Part shown: positions 1 to 7,344 of the stretch, piece by piece | Numbering within the stretch: the stretch's first letter is position 1 | Layout of the letters: each line of letters begins with the position of its first letter | Assembly: GCA_040218735.1 (NCBI GenBank) | Contig: JAVJQW010000068.1 | Coordinates: 1-13,490 of the forward strand | Origin: Deltaproteobacteria bacterium | GTDB taxonomy: Bacteria; Myxococcota; Kuafuiibacteriia; Kuafuiibacteriales; Kuafuiibacteriaceae | Direction: 5' to 3' | Length of the DNA: 13,490 nucleotides | Notes under the pieces: model-generated | The model's input: the letters and a program-made list of their open reading frames with translations, nothing else | The model's database searches: none | Told to the model about the DNA's origin: nothing | Position numbers and translations under genes: made by a program

Positions 1-1
1 G

Positions 2-3000
2 GTGCACGACCTCGCGACGCGCCGAGAGACGGTCACGAACCGTCTCGGCGACACGACGTACTTCGACTACGACGTGCGCGGCAACGTGGTGCAGGAGACC
101 TATCCGGACAGCACGTTCATCACGCGCACGTTCGACCTCGACGACAACATCACCACGATGACCGACGAGCTCGGCCGTACGACGACGTACACCTACGACG
201 CCTACGGAAACGTGCTCACTGAGTCGAACGCCCTCGGCGAGACGTCGACCACGACGTACACCGCGCTGGGGGACGTCGCGACGGTCACGGATCCGCGCGG
301 TGCCGTGACGACCTACGGGTACGACGGCAACGGCAACCTACGGTTCATCACGGACCCCGAGGGCAACGAGACCGAGATGCGGTACGACAACTTCGGGCAG
401 GTGATCCTCATGATCGATCCACGCGGGTTCCGACGTCGCTACCAGTACAGCGGCTTCGGGCAGATCTCACGCGAGGTCGACGAACGCGACGTCCCAACGC
501 TGCGGACGTACGACGCCAACGGCGTGATGCTCACGGAGACGACGACGCGCTCTGTCGGTGGTCAGGTCGAGACGTTGGTCACGACCTACGTGCCGGACGC
601 CCTGGGGCGTGTCGTTCAGACGACGTTCCCGGACGGTGCGACGACCTCGATGGCCTACGACGAAGCGGGGAGCGTGACGCAGCGAACCGACGAGCTCGGC
701 CGCGTCACGGGCATGGTCTACAACGCCCGCGGCGAGCTCGTGCGCACCGACTACCCCGACGCGACCTTCGAAACGATGACCTACGACGCCGAGGGCCGGA
801 TGCTCACGCGGACGGACCGCGGCGGTCGAACGCGGACGATGATCTACGATGCGCTGGGGCAGCTGATCGCGGAGGTCGAACCCGACGGCGCGACGACGGA
901 CCAAGAGTATGACGCCGCCGGACAGATGACGGCGTTGGTCGACCCGAATGACAACCGTACTGAGTACGAGTACGATGGCGTAGGGCGGCTATCGCTCATC
1001 CGCGATGCTCTCTCGAACGAGAGGACCCGAACCTATGATGCGGCCGGGAACGTTGCAAGCGACACGAACGCGAAGGGGCAGGTGACGACATACCACTATG
1101 ACTTGCGCGGTCGTCGGACGCGCGTCGTCTACAACGACGGCAGCGAGGAACGTATGGTGTACGACGCCTCTGGGAACGTCGTCACGAGGTACGACGCAGA
1201 GGACGACACCATGACGTACGCGTACGACGGTGCAGGACTTCTAACGGCCGTGACGGACGGGCGCGGGGACACGTGGACGTTCGCGTACGATGAGCTCAGG
1301 AACCGCATCAGCCAAACGGACCCGAATAACCACACGACGTCGTTCACTTTCGACACGCGCTCACGCGAGACCGCACGCACGCTTCCGGACAGCCTGTCCG
1401 AGACGCGCACGTACGACCTGCGCGGAAACCTATCGACGCGGACGAGCTACTCGGGCCTGACAACGACGACCCACGACTACGATGCGAACGACCGCCTGGC
1501 CTCGCGGACGGCGACGGACATGGCGACGGTGTCGTTTGGCTACACGCCGACGGGCCGACGCGATCAGGCCATCGATGCGCGCGGCCTTACCGACTACGGC
1601 TATGACGCGCTGGACCGGATGACGTCGATCGTCTACCCAGATGGCTCGAGCATCGGCTACACATACGATCTGGCGGGGAATCTCGTTGCGATGCAGTCGA
1701 CGGCAGGCATGACGAGCTGGACCGAGGAGTACGGCTACAACGCTCGCAACGAGCTGACGAGCGTCGCGACCGACGGCCTGACCTTTGCGCTGAGCTACGA
1801 CGCGACCGGCCAGGTTTCTTCGATTGCATACCCGAACGGAATGACATCGACGTACACATACGACGCCGTCGATCGCCTGGCGAGCATCGTGACGGCAAAC
1901 GGGCAGTCCGTCGTGCTCGCGAGTTACACTTACACACGATACCCAGACGGCAACGTCGAGACCATGGCGGATTCCGATGGGGACCTATACGCATATACGT
2001 ACGACAGCGCGAACCGCCTTACGCAGACGACGGTGACTTCGAGTGTCGGACTGCTGCGCTACGCGGAGGGATACGATTATGACTCCGTCGGAAACAGGTC
2101 AGAACGCTACTTCACACCCGCGGCCGAAGGCTCCACGACTCAGACATACACCTATGACGAAAGAGATCGGCTATCCGACGATGGTGTTGCGTCCTACATC
2201 TTCGACGAAGATGGACGTATGACGTCGAGGTCGGGTCCTTCGCCTTTGGTCTTGGGGTGGAACTCAAGAAATGAACTAACGAGCGCCGCCTACGGCAGCG
2301 GAGGCTCTCTATCAAACACCTATGATGTGGACGGTCTGCTTGTGAGAGGCGTCAGCACCTCGTCGATCGGTGGCGCCACTGATTCGAGCTACCTTGTCGA
2401 CCCCCGAGGTCGTTTGAGCCACATTTTGGCCGACCTAGACAACTCTACATCGAACGTGAGCGCCCGGTATGTCCGAGCGGGTGACATGCTCCTGAGTTAC
2501 GTCACCCCATCTGGAGCGCGATACGTGATCCCAGACCTCGTAGGCTCGGTCCGTGCCGTCGTCGACCAGAGCGGCAATCTCGTGGAGGAGTACCAGTACG
2601 GACCTTTCGGCGACGTTCGAAGCGGGCCCACAGACGGAATCCCCTACCTGTTCGCGGGCGAGCGACATGGACCCCGTCGAATCCTGGGTCAGAACCGTGC
2701 CCGATGGCTACTTGCGGACACTGGCCGCTTCATCTCGCCTGACCCATGGCTAGGCGCATCAGCTAGGCCTGAGTCGCTTCACCGTTACACCTCGTCGTCG
2801 AACAACCCGATTCGGTTTACTGATCCGACGGGCTACGCCACGCTCAATGAGATCCAGCTTGGTAATCTTGTTCAGAATAACCTGAAGAACGGAACGACTC
2901 AGACTCTACGAATCACGCTGAAGCGAACGAAGAAGAAGGTGCTGTGCATTCTGGTTGAAGAAGCGAAAAACTATGCCGAAGAGGCCGCGTTGAGCATGAT

Positions 3001-3367
3001 CGCAGATGGATTTTACTTTCTCGCTCTCGATCATGCGCCGGGCACCTCCTACGCCGGGCAGACTAACAAATTTGGTCGACGGCTCCCTGAGCATCGAAGG
3101 AAGTATGAGAAGCAATTGGGGCTCGCGGCAAAAGATCTGGTTGGCAAGATCAACTATGCTGTGAAGTTAGCATTCGGATCGAACATCCAGCAAATCAAGG
3201 GGCTTACCCTGAGAGACCAGAAGCGGATTATCGAGACATTCCTTATCGAGACGATCGGGAAGCAAATCAGCCTCGATAACAAAAGTCTCCCAATCAGCGA
3301 GACCCCGGGGAGCGCAAACAGCAAGAGGCTACGACGACTTATTCCTGGTTTGGACTTCTGCAAGTAG
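2..3367 (+). CDS. Rhs/YD-repeat polymorphic toxin, 5'-truncated by the window edge, with C-terminal GIY-YIG nuclease tip
   Basis: Dozens of YD repeats (e.g. TTTYTYDAYGNVLTE, YGYDGNGNLRFITDPEG). Rhs core signature YGPFG...YLFAGE...RAR...TGRFISPDP...NNPIRFTDPTGY. The frame is open from the window start, so the GTG at 2 is probably not the real start. Confidence 0.97.
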   Translation: MHDLATRRETVTNRLGDTTYFDYDVRGNVVQETYPDSTFITRTFDLDDNITTMTDELGRTTTYTYDAYGNVLTESNALGETSTTTYTALGDVATVTDPRGAVTTYGYDGNGNLRFITDPEGNETEMRYDNFGQVILMIDPRGFRRRYQYSGFGQISREVDERDVPTLRTYDANGVMLTETTTRSVGGQVETLVTTYVPDALGRVVQTTFPDGATTSMAYDEAGSVTQRTDELGRVTGMVYNARGELVRTDYPDATFETMTYDAEGRMLTRTDRGGRTRTMIYDALGQLIAEVEPDGATTDQEYDAAGQMTALVDPNDNRTEYEYDGVGRLSLIRDALSNERTRTYDAAGNVASDTNAKGQVTTYHYDLRGRRTRVVYNDGSEERMVYDASGNVVTRYDAEDDTMTYAYDGAGLLTAVTDGRGDTWTFAYDELRNRISQTDPNNHTTSFTFDTRSRETARTLPDSLSETRTYDLRGNLSTRTSYSGLTTTTHDYDANDRLASRTATDMATVSFGYTPTGRRDQAIDARGLTDYGYDALDRMTSIVYPDGSSIGYTYDLAGNLVAMQSTAGMTSWTEEYGYNARNELTSVATDGLTFALSYDATGQVSSIAYPNGMTSTYTYDAVDRLASIVTANGQSVVLASYTYTRYPDGNVETMADSDGDLYAYTYDSANRLTQTTVTSSVGLLRYAEGYDYDSVGNRSERYFTPAAEGSTTQTYTYDERDRLSDDGVASYIFDEDGRMTSRSGPSPLVLGWNSRNELTSAAYGSGGSLSNTYDVDGLLVRGVSTSSIGGATDSSYLVDPRGRLSHILADLDNSTSNVSARYVRAGDMLLSYVTPSGARYVIPDLVGSVRAVVDQSGNLVEEYQYGPFGDVRSGPTDGIPYLFAGERHGPRRILGQNRARWLLADTGRFISPDPWLGASARPESLHRYTSSSNNPIRFTDPTGYATLNEIQLGNLVQNNLKNGTTQTLRITLKRTKKKVLCILVEEAKNYAEEAALSMIADGFYFLALDHAPGTSYAGQTNKFGRRLPEHRRKYEKQLGLAAKDLVGKINYAVKLAFGSNIQQIKGLTLRDQKRIIETFLIETIGKQISLDNKSLPISETPGSANSKRLRRLIPGLDFCK
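2801..2836 (+). other. Rhs core terminal PxxxxDPxG motif (NNPIRFTDPTGY), the autoproteolysis boundary between core and toxin
   Basis: aac aac ccg att cgg ttt act gat ccg acg ggc tac. The upstream SPDP aspartate is also retained. Confidence 0.92.
2837..3364 (+). other. Rhs C-terminal toxin domain (about 176 aa), GIY-YIG/URI-fold endonuclease
   Basis: GFY-x11-YAGQTNKFGRRLPEH (starts at 3008) matches GIY-x10/11-YIG-x-T...R...H. Downstream RIIETFLIE supplies the metal-binding Glu and LDNK the conserved Asn. The domain is very basic. Confidence 0.85.
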
Positions 3368-3387
3368 GAGTATGATTAGCGTCGTCG

Positions 3388-4347
3388 ATGGGAACTTCAT
3401 CGAAGGGTCGGAGGGAGCAATTGGGCAAGGAATATTTGAGCAGAGAAATGGAAGATGGTCTGGGCGTCCGTCTGTTTGATGGCGAAGTTGGTTTCGCGAG
3501 AAAGGTCTTCAAGAAGCGGCAGTTCGAGTATATTGATATTTCAACAGGTGAGTGGCCGGATCTGGACTTCCTAGATGATCAGAGCCACTCGTTGAAGTGG
3601 ATCACGGTAAAGACGCCAAAGATCAACTGGAAGCGACTGGTGACGATCGAGGGTTTGCAGTGGCTAACGCTCGACTGCAAGCCTCCTCGCGCATTGAGTC
3701 TGGATCGGTTGCCCAACCTACGGGTATTGGAGATGAAGGCTGGAGGGCGATTGGTTGTCGATGGAAGCCCATGTGAATCCCTGCTTGACTTGAGCTACAA
3801 CAATCTGACGAGCCGCGATCTGGGTTTGCTCTCGATGTTCCCCTCGCTCAAGCATCTTAGTCTTAGGCGAGCTCAGAGCATTGAAGATCTGTCGGGCATC
3901 GGAGAGTGCCAGGACCTGCGCGGACTCTACCTTCAGGCATGTCGCAAGCTGAATGCGATCGGTGATGACGTACCATCGTCACTCGTTCAACTTGGCATCC
4001 ATAGCTGCTTGAGTCTTCGGGATCTCAGTGGGTTGCGGCGCGCAACTGAGATGAGGCAGTTGGAGTTGACTGGCTCAGGAGAGATCGAGAGTCTCGGCTT
4101 TGCTGCTAGCATGAAGAAGCTCGAGTATCTTTGCGTGGAGGAGAATGTGCGCGTCAGAGACAAAGATGTCGCCTTCCTTCGAGAGATCGCCTCACTCAAG
4201 CATGCTGCGTATCATGGCGACCTCCGTCCCAGTGCCGACGAAATGCCGAATGCGTTCAGGTCCGGGGAACGCCTGTATGATTTCATTCCTTGCGCCCGCC
4301 ATCTGCCGAGCAAAGCTGGTATTCTTTCGGATCCGACCTACGATTGA
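3388..4347 (+). CDS. Leucine-rich-repeat protein, putative cognate immunity protein of the Rhs toxin
   Basis: Repeated LxxLxL units at roughly 22-23 aa spacing (LPNLRVLEM, FPSLKHLSLRRAQSIEDLSGI, CQDLRGLYLQACRKL, SSLVQLGIHSCLSLRDLSGL, MKKLEYLCV). Starts 20 bp after the Rhs stop on the same strand. No signal peptide. Start uncertain (3388 or 3448). Confidence 0.85.
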   Translation: MGTSSKGRREQLGKEYLSREMEDGLGVRLFDGEVGFARKVFKKRQFEYIDISTGEWPDLDFLDDQSHSLKWITVKTPKINWKRLVTIEGLQWLTLDCKPPRALSLDRLPNLRVLEMKAGGRLVVDGSPCESLLDLSYNNLTSRDLGLLSMFPSLKHLSLRRAQSIEDLSGIGECQDLRGLYLQACRKLNAIGDDVPSSLVQLGIHSCLSLRDLSGLRRATEMRQLELTGSGEIESLGFAASMKKLEYLCVEENVRVRDKDVAFLREIASLKHAAYHGDLRPSADEMPNAFRSGERLYDFIPCARHLPSKAGILSDPTYD

Positions 4348-4370
4348 TGGCCGCCGCATTGGTCCTGATA

Positions 4371-4739
4371 TCAATCCCAGTCGATCGATGGTTCCGTGTC
4401 CCGTATGAACTGAAAGAGTGCACCCTCGTCCTTGAGGAGTTCGTGGACGAGCACCTTATAGGATCGCATCACCTGGATGTTCTCACGTGAGTACGCGAGG
4501 CTGAAGGAGGCCAGCCCAGCCTCCGGGTCACGCTCCACCTTGTTGGCTAGAGCTGGATTCCGAGTTCGGACGTACGCTGAAATAAGGATATCCCAGTTGT
4601 ATCCATTCATGTAGGCGTCCTCGAACGCTGCGTTGATGCGCTCTCCCAGCGCCGCGAGGGCGCCATCCTCAACATAGAGACAGACCGAAACGAAGTCGTT
4701 CTCCTCGTCTTCGATGAACTCAATACACTCGTCGTACAA
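4371..4739 (-). CDS. Imm51-like immunity protein (122 aa, acidic)
   Basis: Motifs AYMNGYNW and DPEAG match the Imm51 family as I recall it (conserved Trp plus Dx[DE]). TTG start with AAGGAG 7 nt upstream. Confidence 0.8.
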   Translation of the reverse strand: MYDECIEFIEDEENDFVSVCLYVEDGALAALGERINAAFEDAYMNGYNWDILISAYVRTRNPALANKVERDPEAGLASFSLAYSRENIQVMRSYKVLVHELLKDEGALFQFIRDTEPSIDWD

Positions 4740-4746
4740 AGGTGCT

Positions 4747-4752
4747 CTCCTT
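4747..4752 (-). promoter_or_regulatory. Shine-Dalgarno AAGGAG for the Imm51-like gene
   Basis: Minus strand reads cctcAAGGAGagcacctTTG, a 7-nt spacer. Confidence 0.7.
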
Positions 4753-4895
4753 GAGGCTTGCCGGTTGACGTTGTGTCCTGATCTGGTTCAGCAGGCCACT
4801 CGTTCAATTCGGACTGTGAACCGAAGTAGGGGAGCCCCGCAAGAGAAACCCAGCTACCTCCATCCAAAGAGGGCGGCGAAGCGCGCTCGTCGTTC

Positions 4896-5927
4896 TCAAT
4901 TGAATGGAACCTCCACCTTCGCCGCGGCATCCTGCAGCGCCCGGTCCGTTCGGCGATCGTAGCGCGCCGTGGTCTGCACGTTGGCGTGGCCGACCTGGCG
5001 TGAGACCGTCGACAGATCCACGCCGCCGTCGAGCAGGTCCGAGATGAACGTCCGCCTCAGATCGTGCGGCGTGAACCCGTCCAAGTCCGCCGCCGCCTGA
5101 CGCTTGAGGACCACGCGGTAGACGAGCTGCGCGCTGATGCGCTTCAGGCGAACCGCACCGGTCTTGGCGACGTGCCCGAACAGAGGCCCCGCATCGAAGG
5201 TGCGGTGCTCGAGCCAGCGGCCGAGGGCCCGAACGGCGCCTTCGGGCAAGAAGACCACGCGCTCATTGTTGCATTTGCCGTCGTCTCGGACCGAAGGGCC
5301 GGGCTCGTCGTAGTCCTCGAGGGCGAGGAGCGTGATCTCCGCGCGCCGCAGCCCGAGGCCGTACAGGAGCGCGAGGATGGCGGCGTCGCGGGCGCCGGCG
5401 GCGCGGTTGTCGTCGACGGCGCAGCCTTCGAAGACGGCGCGGAGCTCGTCGGCGAGGACGGCGCGGCCGCGGGGCTTGCGTTCGCCTTTGATAGTGGGGA
5501 CGTCGAGGGCGCGAGCGATGGTCTCCTGGTCGACGAGCTCGAGGCGCCAGCAGGCCTTCAGGACGGCGCGTATGGCCGTGAGGTAGCGGTTCGCGGTGGC
5601 GGGCGCGTAGAGCTGCTGCAGGCGCCCGCGGAGCGCGCTGACGTGCTCGGCGCGCAGCTCGTGCCAGGCGATCGCGCGGGCGTCGAGCTTGCCGGCGCTG
5701 AGGATGTCGGCGATCGAGTCGAGCGCGGAGCCCATGACGCGCGCGGAGGCCTCACCGAGGCCCGACAGGTACACGTCGACGGGGTGCTGGCCCTCGGCGT
5801 AGGCGTACGTGGCGGTGAGCCGAGCGCGCTTGGGGGCGGCTTTGCGGCGCGCCTTGCGTTTTGGGGCATTGGGCGCGGCAGCCGAGGTACCGGGTTTGTG
5901 AGGCATCCTAGGGTGCCCTTCTACCAT
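4896..5927 (-). CDS. Tyrosine recombinase / site-specific integrase (XerC/D-like fold)
   Basis: Catalytic set present: RDAAILALLYGLGLRRAE (R), GK (K), TPHDLRRTF (HxxR), GHANVQTTARYD (H, Y). N-terminal core-binding domain with YAPATANRYLTAIR. Start could be 5927 or 5906. Confidence 0.95.
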   Translation of the reverse strand: MVEGHPRMPHKPGTSAAAPNAPKRKARRKAAPKRARLTATYAYAEGQHPVDVYLSGLGEASARVMGSALDSIADILSAGKLDARAIAWHELRAEHVSALRGRLQQLYAPATANRYLTAIRAVLKACWRLELVDQETIARALDVPTIKGERKPRGRAVLADELRAVFEGCAVDDNRAAGARDAAILALLYGLGLRRAEITLLALEDYDEPGPSVRDDGKCNNERVVFLPEGAVRALGRWLEHRTFDAGPLFGHVAKTGAVRLKRISAQLVYRVVLKRQAAADLDGFTPHDLRRTFISDLLDGGVDLSTVSRQVGHANVQTTARYDRRTDRALQDAAAKVEVPFN

Positions 5928-5929
5928 GA

Positions 5930-5955
5930 TTGACGAAAATTAGTCTTTTCGTACA
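5930..5955. promoter_or_regulatory. Inverted-repeat site directly upstream of the recombinase; candidate recombinase core or operator site
   Basis: TTGACGAAAA-TTAGTC-TTTTCGTACA: perfect 7-bp arms ACGAAAA/TTTTCGT (8/10 when extended) around a 6-bp spacer. AT-rich in a GC-rich context. Confidence 0.55.
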
Positions 5956-6091
5956 CAACGAATCCAACCACTGTCCGTACGACCAGGTCGCGAGCGTGGC
6001 CTCTGCGCCGTAGAGTAGGACGGGCTCGCTAACACGGGGGCACCAACCCCTTTGGGTCGAGTTCAGGCCGGCATGACCGAGCCCAGCATCG

Positions 6092-7099
6092 ATGAAACCA
6101 CTCGCGTCTATTTTCCTCGCCCTCCCGAGCGTGCTCCTTCCCCACCACGGCCACGCCCAGACCGCTGGGCAGATCATCGGTCAGATGGAGGCGGTCCGAG
6201 ATCGATGCGTCGAGAAGTTTCCGGACCTGAAAAAGACGGCGGCGGTTGATTGTCTCGACTTCGTTCGACGTGATGACGTCGTCACGTGTCTTCAAGGCGG
6301 GGACGCGGCTGTCTGCCGCGATGCCGCTCACAGAGAGCGTGTGTTGGCAGCCACGGGCGCCAAGGTCGCGCACCTAGCAAAAGGCCCTTTCGCGCGATCC
6401 GAAAGCGAGAGCTGCCGTGCGCGGCTGACGGTGCTGTCCGTGGAGGGCTCCGAGCCGGACCCTCGCACGGTCTGCGAGTTCGCCTTGGTGTTTGCCTCGC
6501 TCGCTAAGGAGATTGGCAGCGCAGAGAAACGTGGCACGCCGTACTTCGAGCTCTTCCAGGAGTTCGCGCGCGCCTATCGCAAGTACGTTTCGCGGGAAGG
6601 CTTTCAGTCTGTGCGCTGGGGGGAACGACGGCGACGAGTGGCCAAGAAGCTGAAGACCCGTCCGGGAGTAACGATCACGGAGCGTCGAAAGATCGCGGGG
6701 CGTGACGCGACGATCGAGTACCACTTCGTGAACGACAAGCTCGCACAGGTCGTGGTGCAGCTCAGCACTTCGTCGATGCAACCAGAGCTCGACGTCCGAG
6801 CGTTCGACGAACTTGAGCGGCTCCTGAAACGGAGGTACCCCGATCTAGAGGCCGCCCATGACTCGGACCACAGCGACGATCCGCTCGCGGACCCGATGGA
6901 AGAGGTTGGCGGCCTCGGCAGGACTGTGCGCCACGGTAGTCGGACGCTGCGGACGACGCGGGCGACGCGTGAGACCGAGATTGTGCACACGCTGTGGGCA
7001 GTCGAACTTCGAATGATGCATCAACTCGACTACCGCAGCAGCTACCTTTATCCGCAGCTTTCCGACGCGAGAAAGCAGAGCAAGGCGGACGACCTATAG
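6092..7099 (+). CDS. Hypothetical exported protein (335 aa)
   Basis: Signal-peptide-like N-terminus MKPLASIFLALPSVLLPHHGHA|QT, six Cys in the N-terminal half, and a C-terminal alpha/beta segment beginning GFQSVRWG. Longest ORF in the interval and divergent from the recombinase. Confidence 0.7.
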   Translation: MKPLASIFLALPSVLLPHHGHAQTAGQIIGQMEAVRDRCVEKFPDLKKTAAVDCLDFVRRDDVVTCLQGGDAAVCRDAAHRERVLAATGAKVAHLAKGPFARSESESCRARLTVLSVEGSEPDPRTVCEFALVFASLAKEIGSAEKRGTPYFELFQEFARAYRKYVSREGFQSVRWGERRRRVAKKLKTRPGVTITERRKIAGRDATIEYHFVNDKLAQVVVQLSTSSMQPELDVRAFDELERLLKRRYPDLEAAHDSDHSDDPLADPMEEVGGLGRTVRHGSRTLRTTRATRETEIVHTLWAVELRMMHQLDYRSSYLYPQLSDARKQSKADDL

Positions 7100-7199
7100 A
7101 GACGCGGAAGGCGTCAGCAGGATGGCATTCTCGACGAACTTGTGCCGCGATGCGATATTCGCGACGGCCGAACTCCAGAGGCGACCCTGTCTAAACTAA

Positions 7200-7222
7200 C
7201 ACTACTGCGTCACGCTTCTGCG
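7200..7222 (+). repeat. Left terminal inverted repeat of the IS701-family element (preceded by target duplication CTAA, 7196-7199)
   Basis: ACTACTGCGTCACG at 7201-7214 is the exact reverse complement of 8682-8695. Confidence 0.9.
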
Positions 7223-7344
7223 GGGCGGGTGGCAAGTTTCTTGCGGCGAGAAGTTGGATCTTTTCGATCGGTTAGCGGCACACGGCCTCGACGCGGCCGT
7301 TCGCCCGTAGCTTCGCGATCTCGATCATGATCTAAGCGCGCGGG

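Noticed and set aside
161-702. 17-bp direct repeat ACCGACGAGCTCGGCCG at 161-177 and 686-702
   Set aside because: Both copies encode TDELGR within YD repeats. Explained by the protein repeat and not CRISPR-like.
3372-3479. Short ORF MISVVDGNFIEG... starting right after AGGAG at the Rhs stop
   Set aside because: Only 35 codons, the SD-ATG spacing is 1 nt, and it overlaps the LRR frame, which is open without it.
4896-5927. Recombinase as integron integrase IntI or chromosomal XerC/XerD
   Set aside because: No IntI-specific insertion before the HxxR box, no attC-like sites seen, and the N-terminus and context do not match housekeeping xerC/xerD.
5064-5933. 289-aa plus-strand ORF
   Set aside because: Antisense shadow of the GC-rich recombinase gene with no recognisable motifs.
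7101-7115. Hairpin GACGC-GGAAG-GCGTC just after the 7099 stop
   Set aside because: Only a 5-bp stem with no U-tract; too weak to call a terminator.
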